Source: Rebecca billardiae RCC1528 (taxonomy: Eukaryota; Protista; Haptophyta). Taken from it: a stretch of DNA of 64,000 nt. Below, in pieces: positions 1 to 11,842 of the stretch (positions are counted from its first letter, which is position 1; every line of letters begins with the position of its first letter). The stretch is from assembly GCA_965240325.2 (NCBI GenBank), contig OZ251226.1, forward strand, positions 186,001 to 250,000, read 5' to 3'. A model generated the notes under the pieces. The model ran no database searches. It was not told where the DNA came from and saw only the letters and a list, made by a program, of their open reading frames with translations. A program made the position numbers and the translations under genes.

Positions 1-2
1 TC

Positions 3-773
3 GGGCAGGGCTCGACGGGCACGCGCACGCTCGCAGAGATGATGCGCGCGCGCGGCTACAAAGCAGTGCACAACTTTTGCCCAGGTGGTGGGAAGACGCC
101 GTGGGACCACGCGGTGAAGCACCACAACAAGCACAACCCATGTCTCAAGGACAACAACGCCTTCCTCGACCACGGCGATCTGGTCGATCTTCCTTGGCTT
201 GCTGCCACATACCCAAGCGCGCGCTTTGTGCTCAACGTGCGCCCTCTGCTGAATTGGGTGGTCAGCCGCGTCGACCACGTGGCGAACTTGCGGGAGAAAC
301 TGGGCTGTCCGCCGTATGGCCTGAGACAGACGTGCCCGCAGCTCGACCACATGCCCGACAACTCGAACATCACTGTCGCGCACTGGATCAAGCGCGTCGC
401 TGCGATGCAGCGCAGAGCTCTGCATATGTTCAGCAATTCGCGGTCGCTGCGGCAGCGCTTCGTCATCATCGGCCTCGAGACGACGTCGCCCTGCGACGTG
501 GACAAGCTCTTGGACTGGGTTCTGCGCGATCAGCCCTTGAACAGACGCCAAACGGCACGGCTCGTCAGGCAAGCTGCCGATCTGCCTGCTGGAGGTGAGG
601 CACGATGCACGAACGCGTCCGCTGAGACGCATGCAGGGGTGGTCTCGCACCCGCAGCGCACAACGACCCGAATACATTCTCTCTTGCGGTCGTTTGGCTG
701 CGGCCCGTCGATGTGGGACGACGTGCTGTACATTAAATGTGGAGACAAGATCCCGCGTTCGATGCTGCGCTGA
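3..773 (+). CDS. Sulfotransferase-family (P-loop) protein, 5'-truncated by the window edge
   Basis: The frame is open upstream of the ATG at 39 and reads GQGSTGTRTLAEMMRARGYKAVH, resembling the 5'-PSB motif GxxRTGTxSL...GY...H. YPSARFVLNVRPLLNWVVS resembles the 3'-PB motif (PxAKFILxVRxxxxWxxS). Confidence 0.65.
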   Translation, partial: GQGSTGTRTLAEMMRARGYKAVHNFCPGGGKTPWDHAVKHHNKHNPCLKDNNAFLDHGDLVDLPWLAATYPSARFVLNVRPLLNWVVSRVDHVANLREKLGCPPYGLRQTCPQLDHMPDNSNITVAHWIKRVAAMQRRALHMFSNSRSLRQRFVIIGLETTSPCDVDKLLDWVLRDQPLNRRQTARLVRQAADLPAGGEARCTNASAETHAGVVSHPQRTTTRIHSLLRSFGCGPSMWDDVLYIKCGDKIPRSMLR

Positions 774-2188
774 CTCGGTAACTAACTCATCGCAACTATA
801 CTCGACATTATCAACAACTACATCAGTATACACATCCGCGAGAATGATCCGAGAAGTAGAACGCTCTGACCAATTCTATGATGTTTAAAGACTACACAGG
901 CACGAGGGCGCAGCTCTCCTGATTCGTCTGTAGTGGTACTGGTCCGGAACTCATCGGGAGTCCGGAAGCTTGCAGCAGTGGCAGTGGTGTGACCCGAGGC
1001 CCGGCCGGCGAGGCCGACGAACTACATTTTGGGCCGCCATCATTTTGGAGCAAATCTCCGGGCATATGAATTATGCGATGATGATGGTGCATGGATGCTG
1101 CGACGGTGCATCACTGGCCAGGAGTCAGTCATCAGGAAAAGTCGGGGCTTGCGGCCTGTACTCGTAAGTAGTCGGGCCGCGCGCCGCGTCACCCACGGGC
1201 ACTGCGCCTCGGCGGACCACTGATGATCGGCCGCGGGCGACGTAGTGCCGGTAACTTCTTAGTGTGACCATGCTGCGTATAGCGAGTCAGCACCAGCGCC
1301 AATCGCTAGTCTCAGTTTCTAGCTAGGCCAAATCCGCAGATAGCAAGCCCCAGTTTCTTAACGTGACAGCTCTCCTTATTGCCCGCGATTGCCTGTATTA
1401 GTGTATAGATGATGAGCCTGCTTTCTGATGCGCCGCCCTGCGCCGGGCGACTCGCGTCTGCGCATGCATCTTCTCCGCAAGCCTTGATTGAGCCCGCACG
1501 GACGTGTGGCGCCGCCTCTGGCTTCAGCCGTGCTGTCATCCCCGCAGCAAAGTATGCCGCGGCAGCGCGCGCGCGCTGAGAGCAACCGGCGAGGCGCGCA
1601 TCCCATGTGACCCATGTCCATGACCTGATGAACGGCAGAACGCGCGTGAGCGCCATGTTACAGTACGGTCGTAGACGCGCGCCATGGTGCCTATGTAGCG
1701 GCTTCCCGCGCGTGCGTGCCTGCTCCGCCCTGCTTCCTCGGCAGGCCCGGCAAGTGCCAAGTCGCCCATATATGTCTCTGACTCTGGCTTGACGGAATCA
1801 CGGGAATGCCAGTGGCGCCGGCGGCGCCGTGAAGCTCGCGCTCGCGCGGGCCTCAAGCTGACCTTCGAGGTGCGAGGGCGCAAAGCGCTGCGCCACGCGC
1901 ATGCTACAGTAACAGTAGTTCCCCGCCTCGCTACCGCCCCGCTGCGTCCCATCGGAAGCTCTACTGGACATCGCGCAGCCTCGCCCTGGCCGCTGGCGGC
2001 GGTAGGCGCGAGCGAGGTGGCGGCGGCGGCGGCGTTCAGCTGAGTCCGGTGAGCGCGGCGCCCCGATCGCCACCCGGAAACCCCTGTGGCAGGGGTTTTG
2101 GGTTTGGGCTGGCAAATCCCGAGGTCTGGACCGGTCCTTGGTAGCGTGCGCAGTAGTCGTATGATGCTGATGATTGATGATGGGAGCC

Positions 2189-5100
2189 TCAGCAGTGCCC
2201 GAGCGGGCGCCGCTGCGGCACCATCCGCTCGGCCGACCGCGCGCGCAGGTACTGGTGCCCGCCGCGCGCGCTGCCGCTGCTGCCCGCGGCGGTCGCCGGC
2301 GCGCGCAGCCTGCTGCTGCCTGCCGCCGCCGCGCGGCGCGTGCCGCCGCCGCCGCCGGCCGCGGCGCGCGGCGGCGCCCGCGCGCGCGCCGACGCCGGTC
2401 GGCGCGGCGCGCGCTCGGTCGGCAGCGGCTCGCCCGCCTCCGGCTCGGCCGGCCCGAGGACGGCGTGCAGCGCGAGCTGCTCGTTGGCCGCGAGGGTGGC
2501 GGGGCCGACCGGTCTCCACGCGGGCGGGTGCGCGCCCGGCTGCCACTGCTCGGCGCTGCGGCTGATCAGGCTCGAGTGCATCGCCCACTGCTCGGCATCG
2601 TCCGCGGCCGCGCCCGCCCCGCCGGCGCGGCGCGCGCTGCGCCGCCTCGGCCGCTGCGCCGGGTGTGTGGCCACCCACTCGAGGTGCGTGATCTCGCCGT
2701 CGACGCGGCGCAGGATCGCGTCGACCGCGCCGTGCACCGCCTCCTCGCGCGCCGCGCGCCGCCGCGCGCCGATGGCGGCGCCCTTGCTCGCCGCCCAGCG
2801 GGCGTACGCCGCCTCCGCGTTGGCGCGCCGCTCGTCCTCCGCCGCCTTCCTGCGCACGGCGCGGCACGTTGCGCGCGCGCGAGCCCGCCGCGCGCGTGTG
2901 TGTGCGTGCACGCCCGCCGCGCGCCCGCCGCGCGCGCGCGCACGTGCAGCAGACACGCGCGCGCGCAGCGCCGCCCAGCCCGCCCAGCCCAGCGCACCCA
3001 AGCGCATCTCCCGGCCACGCGCCGCCGCGGGTGTGTGGGCGCGCGCGGCGGTGCGCGCCGCGCCGCCCGCACCTCGCGTCCCGCTCCCGCCGCAGCTCGG
3101 CCTTGCGCTGCGCGATCATGCGCGCGAGGCGCTCCTCGTCCATGGCGCGCCATCGCTCGAAGCCCTCGCTGTCGCCGCCCACCACGCGCGCCGCCGCGTC
3201 CGCCTGCCGCCCGCCCAGCGCGCGCCGCTGCCGGCCGAGCTCCGCGCGCCGCTCGAACGCACTCGCGCGCTCGAGCCGGCGCCGCACGCGCTCGGCGAGC
3301 GCATCCACCTGCTTGCGCTCGTCGGCGGACCAGGGGCGGACGGCGCGCAGCCGGTTCCACGCGAGCGCCATCGCGGGGCGGTAGAAGTACTCGCCCGGCC
3401 CCGCCACCTCGGCCGACGCGCCGCCGCCCCCGCGCGGCGGAGGCGCGGGCGCGCGCACCCACCGAGACTCGGCCGCGCCGCCCGCTGCCGGCCGGTCCGA
3501 GCGCGCGGCGCCGCGCGCGGCGCGCGTCGCCGAGCGCGCGCGCCGCCGCACTGAGCGCGGGCGGGCGGCGGCGGCGTCGGCGGCGGCGCCGCCGAGGCCA
3601 GCGCCGACGCCGGCGGCGCGGCGGCGCACGCGGCGCGCCGACTGCGCGCGCCGACGCACCGGCCGGTGCGCCGCGCCACCGCCCTCCGCCGCCGCCGCCC
3701 GCTCTGCGACGCCGAGCGACGGGCTGAGAGGGCGGCGTGGCGCGCGCTCGGCGCGCTCGGCACTCAAGTCGTACGACGCGGCCCACGCCGCGTCGGCGTC
3801 GTCGGCGGCGGCGTAGGTGCCGGCGGAGTACGCCCAGCGCTCGTCCACCGAGCCGTGCGCCGCGCCGCGCGCGCGCGCGCCGCCGCCCGCGGAGCGCGCG
3901 CGCCGCTCGCGCGGCGCGGCCGACGCGCCGCGGCGCCGCGCCGACTCCCAGTCCGCCTCGCCCGCGTCGTCGTCGTCGCCGCCGTCGCCGTCGTCGTAGT
4001 ACGAGTGATCGGCGTGCACCAGCCCGTCCGCGCGCGCGATCGCCTCCGAGCCCTCGTGCCACGTACGCACCGCCTCCGCCACCTGCGCCCGCTCCGCTGC
4101 GCTGAAGTGCGCGCCCGCGCCCGCGCGCGCGCGCGCGCCGCGCGACGACGGCGCAGCGGCGCGGCCACGCGGCTCAGGCGGCTCGGGCCGCGAGGCGGCG
4201 AGCTCGGCGCGGCCGCTGGGCGCGGTGTTGGCGCTCGTGCCCTGCCACATGCGCACGGCGGCGGTGGCGGCCGCGCGGTCCTCTTCCGCCGTGAGCCAGC
4301 CGCGAGCGCCACTGCCGGCGCGCTCGGCGCCGCGGCTGGCCGCCTCCCGCGCAGCGCGGGGGCTGGCGCGCGCCGCCGCCTCCGCCTCCGCCTCCGCCTC
4401 CGCCTCCGCCTCCGCCGCCTCGCCGCGCGCGCGCCCGGCGCCGTCGAGCTGCGGCCCTGCGCCCGTGCCCTGCCACTTGAGCACGGCCGCAGTCGCGGCC
4501 TCGCGCTCGCCCTCCGCCGCGAGCCAGCGGCGCGCGCCGCCACCGCCGTGCTCCGCGCCGCCGCCGCGCAGCGCCGGCTGCGTGTCCCGGCGGCTGCGCC
4601 ACGTGGCTTCCGCCTCCGCCTCCTCCGCCTCCGCCTCCGCCGCCTCCGCCTCATCCGACTCCTCCGCGGCGGCGTGCGCGCGCGTGCGCCCGGCGCCGTC
4701 GAGCTGCGGCCCTGCGCCCGTGCCCTGCCACTTGAGCACGGCCGAGGTCGCGGCCTCGCGCTCGCCCTCCGCCGCGAGCCAGCCGGCCGCGCCGACCCGG
4801 CCGCGCGCAGCCTCGAGTCCGCCCGCGGACCGCGGCCGCTCGGCCGGCGAGCGCGAGCGCGAGCGCTCTTGGCTGTGAGGGCTGCTGGCTGCCGCGTCGA
4901 GCAGCTCGTCCTCGACGAGCTCCTCCTCGATCAGCTCCACCTCCTCCTCCTCGAGCACCTCCTCCGCCAGCTCGTCCTCCCCGCCCGCCCCCGCTCCCCC
5001 GCCGCTCACAGCGCGCCACCCACGCGCCGCCTCCGCAGCCGCGCCCGTCTGCTCCTCTGCGCCCGCCTCGGCCTTGGGCCCGGCCTCGAGCCGCGCGCGG

Positions 5101-6239
5101 CCCGAGCGCACGCCGCCGAGCGCGCGCATCTGCGCCATGTCGGCGTCGAGGGCGGCGCGGTGCTGCCCGGCCGACGCGCCGCCGGCCTCGGCGCCCGCGT
5201 CAGCCCGCGCGCCCAGCACCGCCCGCTCGCGCGCCCCGTCCCGGCTCTGCTCCGCGGCGCCGCCGCCGTCCGCTGCCGCAGCCGCCGCGCCGCCCTCGCC
5301 GCCGCCCTCGGCCGCGTCCGCGCCCGCGCCCGCGCGCGGGGGCGAGGGCGGCGGCTGCAGCTCGGCGAGCAGCTCGAGCGCGCGGATCACGAGCGCGTGC
5401 TCCACGTGCGCCCGCCGCGCCTCCTCCACCAGCTCGCCCAGCCGCACGCCGTCGCGCGCCTCGAGAGCGGAGAGCAGCTGCTCGGCCGCGCGCTCGCGCC
5501 GCTCGAGCGCCCGGCGCACCATCGAGACGTACACGAGGAGCGCCTTCTCGTCGGCGCGGCCGTCGAGGAGCTCGCGCGCGCCGACGGCCTGGCGCACGCC
5601 GAGCTCGGCGCTCGCCGCCGCCATCGCGTCCGCCAGCTGCGACGCGCTCGGCGCCGCGCCGTCGCTCAGCCGACCGATCACGCCGCCGTCCGCGCCGCCG
5701 ACCGCAGCGCGCAGCAGCGCGTGCAGCGCGCTGCCGTCCTTGAAGTCGGTGGTGAAGTTGGCCAGCCGGCCGACCTGCGCGCCGGATGCGGCGATCTGCC
5801 CGCGCGCCCACGCGAGCAGCTCCTCGCGCGCCTCGCCCAGCTTGTCCGCGCCGCCGGGCGCGCGCGTGCCGCCCATCCGCGGCGTGCGGGCAAACTCGAA
5901 CCGCAGGATGATCGCCCACACGAGCGCGAGGACGAGGTCGACGCTGCCGCCGTGGATGTCCTCTGCGCTGATATTCACCAGCTTCACGCCGCGCTCGCGC
6001 AAGAAGTCGAGCGCCAGGTTCACGTTGCCGATCGCCTCGAGCTTGTGCCGCGGCCTGCGCACGCGGCCGGCAAACCGATGGCCGGGCTCGAGGATCTCGA
6101 GGAGCTCGAGGATGAGGAGCCCGTCGCGGAGGTCGGTGGGAAGGTCGACCACCTCGAGGTCGCGCTCGCCGAGCCGGCCGTTCATCCATGACGTGAACGC
6201 GCGCTGCTGCGCCGCGTACGGCACCGAGCCCGACACCAT
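2189..6239 (-). CDS. Tandem calponin-homology (filamin/alpha-actinin/spectrin-type actin-binding domain) protein with a long low-complexity/coiled-coil tail; 2 exons
   Basis: QQRAFTSWMNGRL...DLPTDLRDGLLILELLEIL...NVNLALDFL...VKLVNISAEDI...LVLALVWAIILRF is CH1; LLAWAR...NFTTDFKDGSALHALL is CH2. ATG at 6239. A GT-AG intron at 3072-2850 joins in frame (DAR|KAAEDERR) to the ORF ending at 2189. Confidence 0.85.
4431..4783. repeat. Intragenic direct duplication (about 98 bp, offset 255 bp) encoding WLAAEGEREAATxAVLKWQGTGAGPQLDGAGR
   Basis: 4431-4528 and 4686-4783 are nearly identical. A degenerate third copy (WLTAEEDRAAATAAVRMWQGT) lies at about 4230-4300. Confidence 0.9.
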
Positions 6240-6392
6240 CGGCGAAGGCTTGCTCGGCTTGAGCAGCTCACGACCCGGCCGGGGCGGTCCCGGCCCGGCA
6301 GTGCCGCAGTGGCAGCCGCTTTGAACGTGAGACGAGCCGGCGAACGAGTGGAGCGGCTGCGGCGGGCGGCGGCCGGCGGGGATCGACGAAAA

Positions 6393-6470
6393 TAAGAAAG
6401 TATCACGCCTTAACCAAGTGTGCACGTTAAATCATAGTAAACTGTACTTAAGAAAGAAACTAAGAAAGTA
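6393..6470 (+). mobile_element. Very short 5'-truncated copy of dispersed repeat family B (non-LTR-retroelement-like 3' end) with a 10-bp target-site duplication
   Basis: tcacgccttaaccaagtgtgcacgttaaatcatagtaaactgta (6403-6446) matches 35131-35177 and, more loosely, the reverse complement of 57103-57218. It is flanked by taagaaagta at 6393-6402 and 6461-6470. Confidence 0.7.
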
Positions 6471-6581
6471 GCTTGCGCGCGCTTGGCTTGGCGCCGGACT
6501 CGTCACTCGACCGAGCGAGCGAGCGGCGGCCATCCTCATCGTTTACTGTAGGACCGTGCGCCGGCTCGCGCACCGCGCGCG

Positions 6582-7816
6582 ATGTCGAGCCTAGCGGGCT
6601 TCACCGACGGCAGGCTCTTCGCCAAGCTGGACGAGCGCGTCAACCTGAAGCGCGTGTACAAGCAGGCCGAGTTCGTCGCGCGCATGCTCACCGTCTCCAC
6701 CTTCATGGACGACGCGCTGCGGATGGTGCTCGAGTTCTACTCGCAGAAGGTGACCATGGAGATCCTCGGCTTCTCCGAGGCGATGAGCGCGCCGCTGCTG
6801 CTCATCAGCATCTTGGTGCAGACGGCCGGCGCCTTCTCCGTCATCGCGTACGTGCGCCCCGGCGCAGGATGGTGCGCGCACACAACCCGTGCGCGCGCTG
6901 CGGCGCGCGACCGCCGCCGCGCAGCGCTGACCTCGGCGCGGCCGCCGCGGCGCGCGCGCGCGCGCGAGTAGCATCCTGCTGCTCTGCTGGTGCTTGTGGC
7001 ACCCGGTGATGTACCAGCAGCTCAAGAACGCCGAGTTCGTTGTGGAGACGTTGTCGATCATGGGCGGGCTGCTCATCCTGCTCGCGCATCTCTCGCTCGC
7101 CAAAGCGACGCGCGGCCGTCTGCTGGGCGAGGCGGACGGCGAGGAGGTGAAGCGCGCCGAGGAGCGCGTGAAGCGGTTGGGGCTGCTCGGGCGCACGCTG
7201 CTCGTCGCGCTCTTCCTCTACTCTGGCTGGACGCGCGGCCACCGCTTCATGACGAACCGCGTGTATGCGCACGTCGAGATTGCGAGCTGGGTGGCGCGGT
7301 GCGCGGAGGGAGTGCTCGGCCTGGGCCTGCTCGGGCTGTGCGCGCTCGTGGTGCTGGGCATGCGCTCGCGCTTCTGCGCGCTGATGATGGCGTGCCTCAA
7401 CTTCATCTCCAACATGTTCCTCCACCCGTTCTGGATCTACATGTTCTCCGACTCGTACTACAAGTTCCCGGAGGTGATGGAGTCGCTCGACGACACGCGC
7501 ATGCAGAACTACCCGATGACCTCCGAGCTGTACGCGAGCCACCAGCGCTACTTCTTCTTCCAGAGCATGTCGTACACGGGCGCGCTGCTGCTGCTCGTCG
7601 TGCACGGGCCCGGGCAGTACTCCATCGACGAGCCAGGCGCGTCGCGCATCGCGCCGTGCGCCTCGTCCCCACCGTCGCCGCGCGCGCGGCTGACCCCAGT
7701 GCGTGCCCCCCGTCGCCGCGTGCCCAACCTCCCATGCCCCCGCACGCCCCCACGCGTGCTCGTGGCACACAGATCGCATCGAGCTCGCCTCGCTCACATC
7801 GAAGGGACGAGATTAG
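6582..7816 (+). CDS. SURF4: SURF4/Erv29 ER cargo receptor; 3 exons
   Basis: ARMLTVSTFMDDALRM...SQ, LSIMGGLLILLA and YFFFQSMSYTGALLLLVVHGPGQYSIDE are SURF4 hallmarks. Intron 1 runs from 6872 to 6968 or 6971 (tandem GAG/TAG acceptor). The proposed intron 2 is 7637-7772 (GC-AG), giving the C-terminus DEPDRIELASLTSKGRD*. Confidence 0.88.
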
Positions 7817-8272
7817 ACACCCTCGCAGGCTGGCTGCTCCGGGCGACCCGATCTTTGGCTGCGTGGCACATGGCAGCGTACCCGCTGCAGACCTGCAGTG
7901 CAGTACTGGGCCTTTGAGTTTGGTTGTGCTTGCTCGCGGGCCGCAGCTGGTGGACTGTGTCAGCAGGCAGCTTCCGCTCGGCGCTGGCTGCACGCGCAGC
8001 GCGTGCTGGCGCGTGGTGGGCTGCGTCTCTGAGTGGCATGCGTGGACTCGATCGCCGGGCGCATTGTTTATTTGTTGCGTCAGTTGTGAGTGTCCTGATG
8101 GTAGTCGTGGCAGTCCCACGGAGCCCGGGCTACTAAGGGGCTACAGACAGTACAGTCTCACTACACTCTACACTCAGTAGTCTGCTACAGTATGGCGCGC
8201 GTACATCAGTATAGTAGTCTGATCTGATGATGGCGGCGCAGCATTCTCATATCATCCGCCTCATTCCGGTCA

Positions 8273-8318
8273 CTCGCCTGCCTGAGCTGTGTGCGTCTCT
8301 TATTCTTAGCAGTAAACT
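8273..8318 (+). repeat. Dispersed repeat family A (short, ends in agtaaact)
   Basis: 37 bp (ctcgcctgcctgagctgtgtgcgtctcttattcttag) identical to 33833-33869. Confidence 0.85.
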
Positions 8319-8558
8319 CAACACTGGTCATATCAGTAATCAGTACTCGACATCATCAAGTCCTGCCGCCCGTATACTACTGGCACTGTCAGCATGCCGG
8401 AGTGTCGCCACGGGGGCGCCGGCCCCGCGACTCCCGACGCGAGGGCCGGCGAGGGCGAGGTCGGGAGTGGCGGCGAGCTTGGCAGTGTCGTCAGCCCGGT
8501 CAGGCGTCAGTCAGCGGTGAGTGCAGAGAGTGGGGTCAGAGCTCCTGACCTTTACACT

Positions 8559-10673
8559 CCCGGGTGCCACAATCCCCCGAAATCTCTTAAGTCTTATCAC
8601 AGTGAACAAAAACGGGATTATCGTTACCGTAACCCGTCCGACACGAGCCGATTTTCGGGGAAATTCTCGCGCGGGCCGCACGAGCGCACAGACGACGCTA
8701 CGGTGGTCGCTCAGGCGCCTGGCGAGTGCCCCAGGCATGGGATTGCAACATCCCACCCAGCCTCCCAATCCCTCCGCCCCTCTCTGCCTCGCCGGGTTGC
8801 ACGCGGCTGGCCGGTCACGTAGCTCGTGGTGAGCCATTCGTGAGCGTGGAGCCCTGCTGCTCAGTGCGGCGATGCAGCGAGGCGAAGCGGCGCGTAAGAT
8901 GGCGCATCTTACTCCGAATACAGTCTGCTGCCAGCACAGCCGCCCTCGCCGGAGTGCCTGGTCGTCACCTTCGTTGTGTGCACCTGTCGCGCGCTGCTGT
9001 GAACAAGCGAAGTCTCAGGCCTCCCCGGAGCCATTCAAACACGCTCGTCCTCGACGAGGCGTGCGCGAGGCACCGCGCGAGCGCGGGAGCGGCCCTTCCT
9101 AGCATACTCCTGCACGGCCATCCACCTCGCCACAGCCTGCCATGTCACACTCCTCCCCGCACGCAGTGCTCCCATGCCGCGTGCAAGTCGGTCGACTGAC
9201 CTTGTAGGAGGGTGCACAGAAATATTCGACTGCGAGGAGACGGCAGCGAGCCCACGCGCGCGGCGCCGTCCCACGCTTCATTGTACTGTTCTAGACCAGT
9301 CGCGCGCCCGCGGCACCGCGCCCGCCATCTCCGCGTCGCGTGCCAGTCCACGCCGCGCGCGTGGCTCTCGACGTGTGCGTCGAGGGCGTCGTGCGTCCGA
9401 TTCGTACCCGCATGTATTCAACAAATACGACAAATCGCCGAGCTGAACGCACCTCGTCGCGCGATGGCATGGTCGCGCTGTGTGGCGTCGCTCGCCGCAG
9501 GAAATTCGGTACGCGACGAGAGCACGGCGCACGCGCACGGCGCGGCGTGGGAGGCGGGGCGGTGGTGTCCTCGAGCCATCCCGCCCGCGCCGCGGTGCGC
9601 CAGCCGCCACCTCGCCGCGCCGTGGCCCATGCCGCGCGGCAGGTGTCGACCAGACCGACCTTGCCGCCCAAAAGAGGGCCGCACCAGAAATTCTGTATTT
9701 GTTGAATACAGACTTACCCACGTGCCCGCGGTGCGGCGGCGCCCGTGGCGGCGGCGTAGCGCGGCGGCGGCGGCGCGGGCAGCCTGACGGGCCAGATAGG
9801 GCGCGCCAGGTCGGGGCGATCGTGATGGGATGGTTTCATACGCATCAGTGCGTGCTCCTGTGCATCTCAAGAGCGCGCTGGGCGCCCTCTCTCGCGCCTA
9901 TGCCCATCCCACGCGGTCTGAGAAGCCTCCCGGTTTGGCCATTGTCGTGCCGTGCTCGGTCGTGGCTGCCCGGCGGGTCGGAGAGGTCGAGGCGAGCCGG
10001 GTCGTTCGCGACGGACGATGCCTATGGGTCATGGCGAGTGCCAGCACGCAGCTCGGGCGCGCGCCCGGCGCCTCCTCGCCGCGCTACATCCACACCAAGA
10101 TCTGGCCCAAAAACAGGCTTCAAGAGCGAAACTCAGTCTGGGAGCTGCTCAGGCCGCTGTGTGCGGTTTGAAGGCGCGCAAACTTGTGGAGCGGGTGCCC
10201 ACATGGGTTGAGCACAATGCGACGTTGCGTTTTTCCGCGAAACACCACTTCCTCGCCTCTCCGCGCGCGTGCCGCGCGGCTCCCGTGAACTCATCTTAAC
10301 AGGTCACGTGTGGCCGCCCGTGGGGCGAGGGTGGGCGAGGAGGGGCGGGCGAGGGTGACGCCGCCCCGGGGAACCGCCTTGGCAAGCCGGCTGACGCCTC
10401 GCAGCCCCCCTCGCGGCACACATGCGCGCATGCCCGCCGCTCGGAGCGCGCCATCGATTCGAATGGGCGTGCGCACGAACGACCATGCTCAAACGGCTTC
10501 GGCCCGATCTTTCTCCACTGTGGCGGCGCGAAGTGCCGCGATTCCCCGCGAACGCGGCATGAAAAAAATTCCCCCGCATCCCCACTGGGCGGAAGTGCGG
10601 ACGGGTTACGGTAACGCCGAAAATCGATTTCTTTACTGTGATTAGCTAGCATTCTGAACTAGTATCACACGGG
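8559..10673. mobile_element. Putative non-autonomous DNA transposon with degenerate terminal inverted repeats (CCCG...CGGG ends)
   Basis: Exact 19-bp inverted repeat cgttaccgtaacccgtccg (8622-8640 vs 10598-10616); atcacagt/actgtgat (8596-8603 vs 10635-10642); termini cccgggtg / cacacggg at comparable spacing. No credible ORF inside and no clean TSD. Confidence 0.55.
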
Positions 10674-11465
10674 TAATAAGTTATTAATGGGTCGTATATA
10701 TAGCTAGCTACTTGGACTGAATGAAGAACGGTAAGTAGGCGTTAGGGCTCAATTCCAGCCAGCCAGCGGATGTAGAATCCGTCGGCGCCTGTGCTAGTTT
10801 CAGACTGAAAATATGTCTGATCTCTGAGCCGGTCCGATTCTAGCGCAAATAGCGAGATCACCTGCACCTTGGAGATCGTATGACTGATGTTGCTGAGATC
10901 GCGTCGAGATTGGGGTCTTATCACTCTCGTATGTGCCACATCATTTCGCAAAACTTGTCAGCGTGACCCCAGGTCATCATTTCAGGCGAATACTGACATC
11001 CCGAAGTTTGAGAGCCTCACCCCAAGACGACAGAAAGTCGTTGGAATTTGGACCACACACCCCACAGTGGGGCTCTACCCCTCCAAGACAGTCTGTCTGT
11101 CTGCGGTGACGGGTGAGTACCGAGTCAGAGTGTCTTGAGTCTCGTCGTGACGATCAGATCGAGTGACGCAATTCTGATGCGCCTGTCGTCATCTATCTCT
11201 AACTCTAAACTCAGTATCTGCCTCAGCAGTGACAGCACACTTGTTCAGCAGCAGCATGATCTGATGATGATCCGATTATACACCGCTAACTATAAGCAGC
11301 TGCTAAAATCGAGACTCGAGTCCGCGCGCCGCCGGCCCCCGCCGCGCCCGCGGCCGCGATGATCCGCGCTGGCACCGCGGATCGGTCATCGGACGGGCGC
11401 CGCCCGGGCCACGCCCACTGTCCTGTCGCGGTCTGTGGCGGGCGAGTGTGGCACTGAGACACCGC

Positions 11466-11469
<4 letters not shown>

Positions 11470-11540
<71 letters not shown>

Positions 11541-11554
11541 TACATATATATGTA

Positions 11555-11585
<31 letters not shown>

Positions 11586-11773
11586 GCATGTAGTTCATAT
11601 TCGAAAATCAAAACCGAATTAATAACGGTCAGCGCATCGCTGCGCAGCACTTTGACTTGTGTCGCCATCATGATCAACGACAACTCATAGCGTCTATGAT
11701 GATACATCTCTCTCACTCTACTCTCTCGCTCTCTCTCTAGTCTTCGATCTCTCTCTCTCTCTGTCTCTCTCTG

Positions 11774-11815
<42 letters not shown>
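11470..11815. repeat. Compound microsatellites (CT)n-(CA)n-(TA)n and (CT)n
   Basis: Directly visible tracts at about 11470-11585 and 11706-11815. Confidence 0.95.
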
Positions 11816-11817
<2 letters not shown>

Positions 11818-11842
11818 GTTGTCCGTTGCTGTCGTGTTTCAT

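Noticed and set aside
1536-6425. ORF-track single-exon models (1629 aa here; also 26020-32070, 47487-51926, 37703-41632)
   Set aside because: They read through GC-rich introns and UTRs. Spliced models with GT-AG boundaries restore coherent proteins.
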